Shown here: positions 28,514 to 38,603 of the stretch, one piece after another
Position numbering within the stretch: the first letter of the stretch is position 1
How the letters are laid out: every line of letters starts with the position of its first letter
Assembly (NCBI GenBank): GCA_963666485.2
Contig: CAXXUO010000009.1
Location: 160,001 to 224,000 of the forward strand
Direction of reading: 5' to 3'
DNA: 64,000 bases
From: Syntrophorhabdaceae bacterium
Lineage (GTDB): Bacteria > Desulfobacterota > Syntrophorhabdia > Syntrophorhabdales > Syntrophorhabdaceae
Program-made: the position numbers and the translations under genes
The notes under the pieces: generated by a model
Seen by the model: the letters and a program-made list of their open reading frames with translations, nothing else
The model's database searches: none
Told to the model about the DNA's origin: nothing

Positions 28514-31060
28514 ATGAGAGTATCCAATTTTTTCCCGAAACGTTTTGGCTCGCGTCTCTTCTTAATGACGATCATTGCCGGTTTCATACCGATCGCGATC
28601 TTCAGCATCATGATACAGGTGTTCGGCGAGAGACTGGAATCCCGTGTCCACCAGGCCATAGAAGTGAGATACCAGGAAGAGTGGGAACGCTCATCCGAAC
28701 TGCTCACCCGGATGGGAGAGGCATCTATCCGGCAAAAGGCCCTGGACCTGGCGTCACAGCTCGACGTGGTCCTTCAGTCCCACCCGTACATGACCCTCTC
28801 CGACCTCAAGCGCGACAGGAAATTTCGCGCCATAGCGGTGCAGACGGTCGGCCAGCAGGGATACACGGGGCTCATCGAGACGACGACAGGCATAATCCGG
28901 TTTCACCGGGACAGGGCCATCGAAAATTCGAGTGCGCGCGTATTTGAAAAAACACTTCCGGATTTCTGGAAGATAATCGATTCAGCCCGGTCAGGAAAGG
29001 CGTCCGGCGGTTATTACGACTGGAGGGAACCGGACGTAACGCTCGCAAAAAAATATATGTACGTCGTACCTCTATCACAGGTGACCGCGGATGGCAGGCG
29101 ATTAAGCCTTTTCGTGACCACGTATCTCGACGAGTTCACGAAACCCTTGCGGGAGGCCCATGCCATACAGCAGGAAGCCGCCCGGGATGTTCTCTATACG
29201 ACGTCCATCCTCATACATTCGGTCAGGATTAACGGCTTTTTGTTCATGGGGATAGGAATCCTGCTCGTCTCCCTCATGGCGTTCATAGCCGGCAGGTATT
29301 TCTCGGCAGGCATAACACGCTTGAGCGACGCGACGCGAAAGGTCAATGCCGGCGACCTGACCGTCCACGTAGAGCCGGTCCCATCAGGAGAGATAAGGAC
29401 CCTGATGGAGGATTTCAACCGGATGGTCGAACGCCTCAATACCACGACCGTTTCCAAAGAATTGCTCGAGGAGAGTGAAAAAAAGCTTATCGCGGCCAAC
29501 AGGGACTTAAGGCACGAAATAAACGTGAGGAAGGAGGCGGAGAGAGCTCTTGCCCTCGAAAAGGGACGTCTTGCCGTCACATTGACGTCGATTGCCGACG
29601 CCGTTGTTACCGTCGACACCGCCGGATCGATAATCCTTATCAACCGTGCAGCCGAAGAGTTGTCGGGGTATGCCCAGGATGAGGCGGAAGACAAGCCGTT
29701 CACCGAGGTCTTTCGGTTCAAGGGTTACGACCCGGATGGCGAGAAAGATCCCGTCGCATTCCTGCTGCGCGAGACCAGGTTTTCCGAACCGTGCACGCTT
29801 ATCAGCCGCAGCGGGACGGAACACCTGATAGAAAAGAACGCATCCCCCATTCATACCCACGATGCGACGCTTGCCGGCATCGTCATCGTGCTCAAGGACG
29901 TGACCGAGCACCACAGGATGGAGGTCGAGCTCCTGAAAGCCCGCAAACTGGAATCGATCGGCACACTGGCAGGGGGTATAGCACACGACTTCAACAACCT
30001 CCTTGCCGTTATCCTCGGTAATATCTCATTTGCCAAGATGCTTATCACGGGGAACCAAAAGGCCGCAAAGAGGCTCGACGAGGCCGAAAAAGCCACGATA
30101 CGCGGCAAAGACCTGTCGTACCGCCTGCTCACATTCGCCCGGGGCGGAACACCTGTAAAAAAAGTTACCGTGCTGTATGACCTGATACGCGACGCAGCCG
30201 AGATCACCACGGCCGGTTCACGGTCGAACTGCGTGTACCATTTTCCTGAAAACCTGTTCAAGGTCAGCGTCGACGAGGCGCAGGTCCGCCAGGTGATCCA
30301 CAACCTCGTCCTCAACGCCCGCGAATCGATGCCCGATGGCGGCGCGATAGATATCACCGCAGAGAATATGTACCTGACCGATGTCGAGGGCTCAAACCGT
30401 GATCCCGGCAATTACATCAGGATATCGATCCGGGATAAGGGCGTCGGGATCGCGCCGGAAAATCTCGAGCGCGTTTTCGACCCGTACTTCACGACCAAGG
30501 AAATGGGCAGTGAAAAGGGCATGGGGCTCGGGCTCGCGATCTGTTATTCCATAATCAAGAGCCACAGCGGCTATATAACCCTCGATTCCGAACCAGGACA
30601 GGGGACGGTCGTGCATGTCTATCTCCCTGCATTGAGCCCCGAGGAGCAATCGACAGCGGCGTCATCGGTCCTGCCGGCAAGAGAGTTGCGGATCCTCTAT
30701 ATGGATGACGAGGAGCAGGTCAGGGACATCGCGGGGCAGATTCTTCAGCACATAGGGTATGCCGTGGAATTCGCGAAGGATGGCTCTGAAGCGATCGAAC
30801 TTTTCAAAAAAGAGGCGCAAGCCGGGGTGCCCTATGATCTCGTCATACTCGACCTCAGCGTACCGGGTGGAATGGGCGGCCGGGAGGCATTGAGCGGCAT
30901 CCTCATGATCGACCCGCACGCGAAGGCCATTGTGTCGAGCGGATATATCGACGAGACAACGGTACATGAATATGAGGGATATGGTTTCTCGGGCGTTGTC
31001 ATGAAGCCTTACACACTCGAGCAGCTTGAGAAGGCGATAAAAGACGTGCTGGCACACTGA
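28514..31060 (+). CDS. Hybrid sensor histidine kinase (periplasmic sensor-HAMP-PAS-HisKA-HATPase-REC)
   Basis: Two TM helices, AGGIAHDFNNLL, NLVLNARE, DKGVGI, FDPYFTTK, GLGL, ILYMDDEE receiver. Confidence 0.92.
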   Translation: MRVSNFFPKRFGSRLFLMTIIAGFIPIAIFSIMIQVFGERLESRVHQAIEVRYQEEWERSSELLTRMGEASIRQKALDLASQLDVVLQSHPYMTLSDLKRDRKFRAIAVQTVGQQGYTGLIETTTGIIRFHRDRAIENSSARVFEKTLPDFWKIIDSARSGKASGGYYDWREPDVTLAKKYMYVVPLSQVTADGRRLSLFVTTYLDEFTKPLREAHAIQQEAARDVLYTTSILIHSVRINGFLFMGIGILLVSLMAFIAGRYFSAGITRLSDATRKVNAGDLTVHVEPVPSGEIRTLMEDFNRMVERLNTTTVSKELLEESEKKLIAANRDLRHEINVRKEAERALALEKGRLAVTLTSIADAVVTVDTAGSIILINRAAEELSGYAQDEAEDKPFTEVFRFKGYDPDGEKDPVAFLLRETRFSEPCTLISRSGTEHLIEKNASPIHTHDATLAGIVIVLKDVTEHHRMEVELLKARKLESIGTLAGGIAHDFNNLLAVILGNISFAKMLITGNQKAAKRLDEAEKATIRGKDLSYRLLTFARGGTPVKKVTVLYDLIRDAAEITTAGSRSNCVYHFPENLFKVSVDEAQVRQVIHNLVLNARESMPDGGAIDITAENMYLTDVEGSNRDPGNYIRISIRDKGVGIAPENLERVFDPYFTTKEMGSEKGMGLGLAICYSIIKSHSGYITLDSEPGQGTVVHVYLPALSPEEQSTAASSVLPARELRILYMDDEEQVRDIAGQILQHIGYAVEFAKDGSEAIELFKKEAQAGVPYDLVILDLSVPGGMGGREALSGILMIDPHAKAIVSSGYIDETTVHEYEGYGFSGVVMKPYTLEQLEKAIKDVLAH

Positions 31061-31196
31061 AGCTACAAACCCGGTCGCTACTGAATCCCACAGATCAATT
31101 CCTGACGAAAAAAGGTCGCAAGACCAACAAGAAAGTCAGACTTTGCGTTTCAGGCAAAAAATAAGTTAATATAGATCCTGTCTGAACGGCAGGGAT

Positions 31197-31291
31197 TAAA
31201 GGGGAGTAGCGTCCATATCGGCCTTATCGTCAATACGTCGCCATTGCGACCGGTAAGCCGGTTACGCGAAGCGTAACGAGCCAGACCTTTA
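31197..31291 (+). ncRNA. yybP-ykoY (Mn2+-sensing) riboswitch
   Basis: TAAAGGGGAGTAGC...CGTCAATAC...CCGG...CAGACCTTTA with P1 TAAAGG/CCTTTA; in the leader of a P-type ATPase. Confidence 0.85.
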
Positions 31292-31362
31292 CCGGAACAA
31301 TATACCCGTATTATCTTCAAACAGGTATATCATAACGATCTTCGGGAAGGGAGAAACCCAAT

Positions 31363-33984
31363 ATGGACAACCGGTACCACCTGGAAGAACCGGAAGCGTT
31401 GTATCTGCACTTCGGAAGCCGCCCTGACGGCCTCGATTCACGGGAGGCCGCGCAAAAACTCGATGAATTCGGCCCAAACGAACTAAAGGTCAAGAAGAAA
31501 AAGACACCTGTCATGATGTTCCTTGATCAGTTCAAGGATTTCATGATCCTGGTCCTTATCGCCGCTGCCACAGTAGCGGGGATAGTCGGGGAACTGACGG
31601 ACACGCTTATCATTATTGCCATTATCCTGGCTAACGCGGTCATAGGCTTCATCCAGGAATACCGGGCCGAGAAGGCCGTAGAGGCGCTGAAGCAAATGGC
31701 CGCACCACTTGTCAACGTCGTGCGCGAAGGCACGCCCCGACCGATCGCGTCCCGCGACCTGGTCCCCGGAGATATCGTTCTCCTCGAAGCAGGCGCGATC
31801 ATCCCCGCCGATATGCGGCTTATCGAAAGCGCCCAATTAAAGATCGATGAAGCCGCCCTGACCGGTGAATCCGTCCCCGTCGAAAAATCTGCTATCACAT
31901 TATCGGAACCGGAGCTGCCCCTGGGCGACAGGGTAAATATGGCATACAAGGGCACCATCGTCGCACACGGCAGGGGTTCGGGCATTGTCGTCGGCACCGG
32001 GATGAGGAGCGAACTGGGCAAGATCGCATCCATGCTCCAGGATGAGGCCGAGGTGAAAACTCCCCTTCAAAAGAGGCTCGCGGCATTCGGTAAGAACCTG
32101 GCGATCATTATTCTCGTCATTTGCGCGGTCGTATTTGTCGTAGGGCTCCTGCGCGGCGCGCAGCCCCTTCTCATGCTTTTGACGGCGATCTCCCTTGCCG
32201 TTGCCGCCATACCTGAAGCACTGCCGGCGGTCATCACCATATCGCTCGCTCTCGGCGCAAAAAAAATGGTGAGAAAAAACGCGCTCATCAGGAAGTTGCC
32301 CGCCGTCGAAACACTGGGATCCGTCACATATATATGCTCGGATAAGACAGGTACGCTCACATACAACAGGATGACCGTTGAAGAAGTATACGCGGATGGG
32401 CGCATTGTCGCACGCGACAATGCCGGGGTCGGAACGCTTACCGAATTGATGACGGCGCTCGCCCTCAACAACGATTCACGTGAAGGCAACGAAAGCATCA
32501 TAGGTGACCCGACGGAAGTAGCCCTGTATGTCGTTGCCAGGGACAACGGGTTCAGGAGAGAGGCAATCGAGGAGAGATATCCGCGTATCGGCGAATTACC
32601 GTTCGATTCCGGCCGGAAATCGATGACAACCATTCACCGGCATCCGAACGGGCATGTTGTCTCTTACACCAAGGGGGCTCCCGACATACTCATGCAAAAG
32701 GCCGATACGGTGCTGGTCAACGGAGAAGTCAAACCTGTATCCCGGGACGAGATATTGTCTGTGAACGATAATATGGGGAAGCGGGGTCTGCGCGTTTTGT
32801 GTATGACTGCGCGAAAATGGGATGAGTCACCTGAAGGCTTGCCCGTCGATGAAGTGGAAGCGAAGCTTACATTTCTCGGCCTCGTGGGCATGATGGACCC
32901 GCCACGCGAGGAAGCGAAACAGGCGGTCGCGTTGTGCAGGACCGCCGGCATCAAACCGGTCATGATAACGGGGGACCACCCGATCACGGCCGCCGCCATT
33001 GCGAAGAGGATCGGTATCCTTGAAGAAGACGGTCATGTTTTAAGCGGGCAGGAACTGGAAAAAATACCCGACGATGTCTTCGCTGAAAAGGTGGAGCATA
33101 TCGCGGCATATGCCAGGGTCGCCCCCGAGCAAAAATTGAAAATTGTAAAGGCCCTGCAAGCCAGGCACCAATTTGTCGCAATGACGGGAGACGGTGTCAA
33201 TGATGCGCCAGCCCTTAAACGCGCGGACATTGGAGTGGCAATGGGGATCACCGGGACAGACGTTTCCAAGGAAGCTGCCGCGATGATCCTTCTCGACGAT
33301 AATTTCTCGACAATCGTGCAGGCGGTCAAAGAAGGCAGAAAGATCTACGACAATATTCGGAAGTTCATACGCTATCTGCTTGCGACAAACTCCGGGGAGA
33401 TCATGACCATTTTTTTCGCCCAGCTGTTCGGCCTGCCAATCCCGCTTCTTCCCATACACATCCTGTGGATCAACCTGGTAACGGACAGCCTGCCGGCCCT
33501 CGCGCTGTCCGTCGAGCCTGCAGAGGATGACGTAATGAGGCGTCCGCCGAGGGATCCCCGTGAGAGTATGTTCGCCCACGGCCTTGGCATCCACATCATC
33601 TGGGTAGGCGCGCTCATGTCGGCCCTCGCGCTGTCAATTCAATACATGACCCTCGACAGTTCCGGCGGAAAATGGCAAACCATGGTATTCACGGTATTGT
33701 GCTTTTCGCAGCTCGCTCATGTAATGGCCATTAGATCAGATCATTTGTCGCTGTTCCAGCAGGGCATTCTGTCAAACAAACCGATGCTGGGAGCGGTCAT
33801 CCTGGCTATCCTCATGCAGCTTTCGATACTATATGTACCTCCGCTTAACGCTATGTTCCATACGCAGCCTTTAAACATGAATGAGCTCTCTGCCTGTTTG
33901 GGACTTTCAGCCGTAGTCTTCCTGGCAGTCGAGATCGAGAAGCTAATTGTGCGTATTATAAGGCGCAGAAGCACACGTCATTGA
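31363..33984 (+). CDS. Cation-transporting P-type ATPase (P2A type, Ca2+/Mn2+)
   Basis: LTGES, AIPEAL, DKTGTLT, MITGDH, MTGDGVNDAPAL, WINLVTD. Confidence 0.95.
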   Translation: MDNRYHLEEPEALYLHFGSRPDGLDSREAAQKLDEFGPNELKVKKKKTPVMMFLDQFKDFMILVLIAAATVAGIVGELTDTLIIIAIILANAVIGFIQEYRAEKAVEALKQMAAPLVNVVREGTPRPIASRDLVPGDIVLLEAGAIIPADMRLIESAQLKIDEAALTGESVPVEKSAITLSEPELPLGDRVNMAYKGTIVAHGRGSGIVVGTGMRSELGKIASMLQDEAEVKTPLQKRLAAFGKNLAIIILVICAVVFVVGLLRGAQPLLMLLTAISLAVAAIPEALPAVITISLALGAKKMVRKNALIRKLPAVETLGSVTYICSDKTGTLTYNRMTVEEVYADGRIVARDNAGVGTLTELMTALALNNDSREGNESIIGDPTEVALYVVARDNGFRREAIEERYPRIGELPFDSGRKSMTTIHRHPNGHVVSYTKGAPDILMQKADTVLVNGEVKPVSRDEILSVNDNMGKRGLRVLCMTARKWDESPEGLPVDEVEAKLTFLGLVGMMDPPREEAKQAVALCRTAGIKPVMITGDHPITAAAIAKRIGILEEDGHVLSGQELEKIPDDVFAEKVEHIAAYARVAPEQKLKIVKALQARHQFVAMTGDGVNDAPALKRADIGVAMGITGTDVSKEAAAMILLDDNFSTIVQAVKEGRKIYDNIRKFIRYLLATNSGEIMTIFFAQLFGLPIPLLPIHILWINLVTDSLPALALSVEPAEDDVMRRPPRDPRESMFAHGLGIHIIWVGALMSALALSIQYMTLDSSGGKWQTMVFTVLCFSQLAHVMAIRSDHLSLFQQGILSNKPMLGAVILAILMQLSILYVPPLNAMFHTQPLNMNELSACLGLSAVVFLAVEIEKLIVRIIRRRSTRH

Positions 33985-34017
33985 TTTTTTAGATTGTGTT
34001 CCGCTATACTGGAAATT

Positions 34018-34998
34018 ATGCGTAATAAGGTCCAAAATGCCTACGTCGCCTATTTCGATGTCCTGGGCTTCACGTCGCGTTTTTTGTCCGGCGATCTTCA
34101 GAACAGGTATGAAAAGCTCGTCGATGCAATCGACAGGGTAAAAGACGACGATATCACGTGTTTCCTTTTCTCCGACAGCATCGTCATCACATCGCGTTCC
34201 TTCGCGAAGGTCCGGGAGACATCCCGTTCCATATATACCTGGGGAATACTCAATGATTTCTGGCTGCGGGGCGCTATTGCACACGGCGGGCTGACGGAGC
34301 TCGATTTTTCGACCTTCATCACCCGCAACAGGGTCGTGCTTCCTTTTCTCGGGGAGGGGTACCTCAAGGCATACAAGCTCGAGTCGACCCTCAACATATC
34401 GGGGATCGCTCTCGACAATATCTTCTTCGAGCCGGGAAAGGAATGCGCCGCTTTAAAAAGACAGGCCGATTACGTATCGTATGAAGAATACCTTCCCAAG
34501 AGGGGGTACGAAGACGAAAAACTTCTTCTCCTCCCTGAAGAAGGCTCATTGAAACAGATCGTCGATACCCTCTACTTCGAGGAAATGTTGAAATCCCATG
34601 TGAACGACATCGACAAATACATCAATACCTTTATCTTTTTCATCGAGACCCTTCTGAGGACCGCCGACCAGGAGACGGTTGTCCGGTTCCTCGACAACCT
34701 CTTGAGGCAGCTCGAACTGCACGGAAGCCATATACTCATCCCGAGCAAGGTCATAATCATTTTCGTAGCCGTCATCGAAGGGCTCATCAGGCGCTTCAGG
34801 TCCGGCGCATTCGGCGGCACCGGCACCAACCCGACCGAAACGCTCGAGGCGTACGTCGGCAACATACTCGGCAGCCTCAAGGCCCAGGGATACCTCCCCA
34901 CATTCGTTGATTACGTCCTTGAATACGACAAAAAAAGGCACAGCACGGTTTATAGGGATATAAACAAACTGCGGGCGGATTGGTCGGCCTTCATTTAA
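34018..34998 (+). CDS. Hypothetical protein with class III nucleotidyl-cyclase-like N-terminal domain
   Basis: AYFDVLGF, FSDSIVI, LRGAIAHG, FLGEGYLKAYKLE motifs; helical C-terminal half. Confidence 0.6.
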   Translation: MRNKVQNAYVAYFDVLGFTSRFLSGDLQNRYEKLVDAIDRVKDDDITCFLFSDSIVITSRSFAKVRETSRSIYTWGILNDFWLRGAIAHGGLTELDFSTFITRNRVVLPFLGEGYLKAYKLESTLNISGIALDNIFFEPGKECAALKRQADYVSYEEYLPKRGYEDEKLLLLPEEGSLKQIVDTLYFEEMLKSHVNDIDKYINTFIFFIETLLRTADQETVVRFLDNLLRQLELHGSHILIPSKVIIIFVAVIEGLIRRFRSGAFGGTGTNPTETLEAYVGNILGSLKAQGYLPTFVDYVLEYDKKRHSTVYRDINKLRADWSAFI

Positions 34999-35101
34999 AA
35001 ACCGGTTCAAGGTTCAAAGAAAAAGACCCCCCCTCTTAACCATTTTCAGGATGAAAGGTTTTTACTTTGAACCTTGAACTTTGAACCTTGAACCATTTTT
35101 A
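34996..35101. repeat. Inverted heptamer-array cassette, family C
   Basis: TAAAAACC (GGTTCAA)2 AGAAAAA ... TTTTTACT (TTGAACY)4 ATTTTTA; both ends coincide with stop codons. Confidence 0.92.
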
Positions 35102-35428
35102 TTGGCATATGAAGGACTGGTTCGGCCCCAGGAAGCACTTCTTACCTTTCGGAAAAAGCTTGGCGAGGTTGTAATCTACGGTCCCGTTCGTGTAATGGCA
35201 TATCAACGAATCGTTCCTTATGACATTTTCAATAATGGCAAGGGTGAAGGTGCTCGTGGCGGGGATCGCTTCCCATCCGCTTACCTGGCCTCGCGCTTTC
35301 ATCGTGACCTCTACCTCTATGGACCGCGGGCATACAAGCGACTGCTCCTTCGCTTTTTCAGCGGCAAATGATGCAACTGACGAAAGGCAGATAAAACAGA
35401 CGGTTAAAACTATGCATACGCATCTCAT
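35099..35428 (-). CDS. Small secreted Cys-containing hypothetical protein
   Basis: Signal peptide, 4 mature Cys; GGGAGG SD before ATG 35428. Confidence 0.7.
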   Translation of the reverse strand: MRCVCIVLTVCFICLSSVASFAAEKAKEQSLVCPRSIEVEVTMKARGQVSGWEAIPATSTFTLAIIENVIRNDSLICHYTNGTVDYNLAKLFPKGKKCFLGPNQSFICQ

Positions 35429-35584
35429 GACACTACCTCCCTTATTTCTTCCGTGCACGATACACTGGATCGGAAGACATACATTTGAGAAAAATCTACT
35501 GCGCCGGTCTTAAAGCTATGTTACGATTAGATCGATGACGGTGTCAAAGGAATATTTGCCGTGAACGGGCCCTCCGGATACACA

Positions 35585-36040
35585 ATGGACGACATGGACG
35601 GGAAATTGCTCTATATGCTGCAGGACGACTTCCCGCTTGCTGAAATGCCCTTCGTCGAGATCGGCAAGGAACTGGGCATTACGGGGTCCGAGGTCATGAT
35701 GAGGCTCGAGCGGCTCAAGAATGCAGGTTATATCCGGAGGATAGGCCCGGTCCTCGACGCGAAGAAACTGGGCTATTCAAGCCTTCTGTGTGCGGCCGCC
35801 GCGGGGCCTGACATGATCGAGGAACTTGCGCACACCATCAATTCCGAGCCTTCGGTCACCCACAATTATGAACGCGAGGCGGAGCTTAACCTGTGGTTCA
35901 CCGTGACGATGAGTACGCAGGACGATATCGATAAATTCCTGAAAGAGATCGAGGACAGGTTTTCGATCAGGATATACCGGTTCCCGGAGAAAAGGACATT
36001 CAAGATAAAAACGCGGTTTGCAACCGGCGTCGAGGACTGA
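35585..36040 (+). CDS. ahbA: Siroheme decarboxylase subunit (AhbA/NirD-like, Lrp/AsnC fold)
   Basis: LQDDFPL--PF, GYIRRIGPV, LGYSSLLCA, VTHNYERE, NLWFT, FKIKTRF. Confidence 0.75.
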   Translation: MDDMDGKLLYMLQDDFPLAEMPFVEIGKELGITGSEVMMRLERLKNAGYIRRIGPVLDAKKLGYSSLLCAAAAGPDMIEELAHTINSEPSVTHNYEREAELNLWFTVTMSTQDDIDKFLKEIEDRFSIRIYRFPEKRTFKIKTRFATGVED

Positions 36041-36059
36041 TGAAAAACGGGAAAGAACG

Positions 36060-38603
36060 ATGACCGACAGGGATGCCATCACATATAAACGGGTATATCT
36101 CGTCGACGGGAACTCGTACCTGTACCGCGCATTCTACGCGACGCCGCACCTGTCGAATTCGCGCGGCTTCCCGACAAACGCGATCTACGCTTTTGTCAGC
36201 ATGATAAAGAAACTGCGCACCGCCGAGAACCCGGACATCCTGATAATTATCTTTGATTCCAAGGGCCCGTCATTCCGCGAAGAGATCTCGGAGCAATACA
36301 AGGCGCAGCGCCCCCCGATGCCGGACAACCTCTCCCTCCAGGTCCCGGTCGTCAAGAGGATAATCGATGCCCTTGGCCTGCCGGTCCTCGAAAAGGAGGG
36401 TTTCGAGGCGGACGATATCATAGCGACCCTGACAGAACATTTGAAGTCACACGATGATGTCGTGACATTTATCGTAACGAGCGACAAGGATATGATGCAG
36501 CTTGTCGGCGAAAGGGTCCGGATCCTCGACTCCATGAAGAATATGGTGATCGGCGAGACCGAGGTCAGGGAAAAATTCGGCATCCCTCCCGGGAACATGG
36601 TCGATTACCTTGCGCTGTGCGGCGATACGTCGGACAACATTCCCGGCGTCCCGGGAATTGGCGAGAAGACTGCCCGGGAGCTTGTCTCCACGATAGGATC
36701 GATCGATGACATTTACGCTCACATTGACGAGATAAGCAAAAAGGCTGTCAGGGAGAGATTGCTGGCCGGCAGGGAAAAAGCCGCGATGAGCAGAAAACTG
36801 GCCACGCTGAGATACGATGTCCCTGTCGAAACGAACGTCGAGGCGCTCTGCGGACGGGCGGAAGACCTTGAAGCACTCCGGAAGATCTACAGGGAGCTCG
36901 AATTTACCGCGCTGTACCGGGAGATCAAGGCCGAAGGCCGGCAGGCGAAGGTGCTGAAAGAAAAGACACTGACAGAACTCGCAGCCGGCCGGATATATAT
37001 CGCCGCGGCATTCCGGGGAAAGAACGCGGGCGACCTCCACATGGAGGCCTTTGCCGCATCCGATGGTGAGGGGGTCCTTTTCTCGATGACGCAGGATGAC
37101 CTCTTTGCGGTCCTGTCCCGTGCCGAAGAGGTCGTGGCGCACAACTTCAAACCGTTCTTCATAACAGCAGGCGATCACCTGCGTGAAAAGAACATCTTTG
37201 ATACGATGCTCGCGGCATACCTCGTAAACCCCTTGAGGAAAGACCTCAGCCTCGGGCCCATCCTCGAGGAATATTGCGATATAACGCCGGCCGAACTGGA
37301 TACGGCCGCGTCCCTTCGCGACATGGCGGCATGCCTGCCCGATCTCGCCGGGACGCTCCGCACCGAGATCGAAGAGCTCAAGCTTGCCGACCTTTTCTTC
37401 GGGACGGAGATGCCGCTTGTTGAGGTCCTTGCGGACATGGAGCTGGCCGGCGTACGGATCGACCGGCGAAAGCTCGGTGAATTGTCACGCGATTTCGACC
37501 AACGCCTGACCGGGATCATCAAGGAGATCTACGTCCACTCGGAAGGACCTTTCAACATCAACTCCCCGCAGCAGTTATGCCGCGTCCTTTTTGACACCCT
37601 CGGCCTGACACCGGTCAAGAAGACGAAGACCGGCTATTCCACGGATACCGCCGTCCTGGAGGTACTTTCCGAGAGCCACCCCCTTCCGGCAATGATACTT
37701 GAATACCGGTCGCTCACGAAGCTCAAGAACACGTATATAGACGTGCTTCCCACACTTATCAACCCGCGAACGGGACGGATACATACAACCTTCAATCAGA
37801 TGGTAGCAGCCACCGGGCGCCTGTCGAGCAGCGACCCCAACCTTCAGAACATCCCGATACGGGGGGAGGAGGGACCGAAGATACGCGAATCATTCGTGCC
37901 CGCAGACGGTTTCCTTCTTCTGTCTTCCGATTATTCGCAGATAGAACTTCGGGTGCTTGCGCACCTGTCACGTGACGAAGAGCTTATCGGGACCTTTCAT
38001 CGGAACGAGGATATCCATGCCCGTGTTGCCGCGAACGTCTTCGGGGTCACCGACGATCTTGTCACTGCCGACATGCGCCGTGCCGCCAAGGTTGTAAACT
38101 TCGGCATAATATACGGCATGAGCGCGTTTGGCCTCGCAAAACAGCTCGGCGTCAACCAGAGAGAGGCACAGCACTACATCGACAACTACTTCGAGCGTCA
38201 CAAGGCCGTACGATCGTTCATGGACGGCATCAAGGAAAGTGCGCGGGAGACGGGGTACGTGAGGACATTGCTCGGCAGGATACGGTTCATCCCCGAGCTT
38301 GGCAACAGCGACCCGACAGTACGGCAGCTCGGTGAAAGGGTCGCGATGAACACCCCCATCCAGGGCACGGCGGCGGACATAATCAAGGTCGCCATGATCA
38401 ACATACACCGCGAAATAAGAAAGCGGGGACTTTCATCCCGTCTCATACTTCAGATACACGATGAATTGCTGTGCGAAGTGGCCGAAAACGAAGCGGAAGA
38501 CATGACCGAACTTGTCCGGCATGAAATGGAAACCGTCATCAACCTCGACGTTCCCCTCATTGTTTCCATCGGAACGGGGCGTAACTGGGCCGAGGCGCAT
38601 TGA
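36060..38603 (+). CDS. polA: DNA polymerase I
   Basis: LVDGNSYLYRAFYA, FEADDIIAT, GDTSDNIPGVPGIG, ATGRLSSSDPNLQNIP, DYSQIELR, LQIHDEL. Confidence 0.97.
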   Translation: MTDRDAITYKRVYLVDGNSYLYRAFYATPHLSNSRGFPTNAIYAFVSMIKKLRTAENPDILIIIFDSKGPSFREEISEQYKAQRPPMPDNLSLQVPVVKRIIDALGLPVLEKEGFEADDIIATLTEHLKSHDDVVTFIVTSDKDMMQLVGERVRILDSMKNMVIGETEVREKFGIPPGNMVDYLALCGDTSDNIPGVPGIGEKTARELVSTIGSIDDIYAHIDEISKKAVRERLLAGREKAAMSRKLATLRYDVPVETNVEALCGRAEDLEALRKIYRELEFTALYREIKAEGRQAKVLKEKTLTELAAGRIYIAAAFRGKNAGDLHMEAFAASDGEGVLFSMTQDDLFAVLSRAEEVVAHNFKPFFITAGDHLREKNIFDTMLAAYLVNPLRKDLSLGPILEEYCDITPAELDTAASLRDMAACLPDLAGTLRTEIEELKLADLFFGTEMPLVEVLADMELAGVRIDRRKLGELSRDFDQRLTGIIKEIYVHSEGPFNINSPQQLCRVLFDTLGLTPVKKTKTGYSTDTAVLEVLSESHPLPAMILEYRSLTKLKNTYIDVLPTLINPRTGRIHTTFNQMVAATGRLSSSDPNLQNIPIRGEEGPKIRESFVPADGFLLLSSDYSQIELRVLAHLSRDEELIGTFHRNEDIHARVAANVFGVTDDLVTADMRRAAKVVNFGIIYGMSAFGLAKQLGVNQREAQHYIDNYFERHKAVRSFMDGIKESARETGYVRTLLGRIRFIPELGNSDPTVRQLGERVAMNTPIQGTAADIIKVAMINIHREIRKRGLSSRLILQIHDELLCEVAENEAEDMTELVRHEMETVINLDVPLIVSIGTGRNWAEAH

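Noticed and set aside
38557..38603. 47-nt convergent overlap of polA and yihY
   Set aside because: Short 3' overlaps are common; useful only as the one convergent junction without a cassette.
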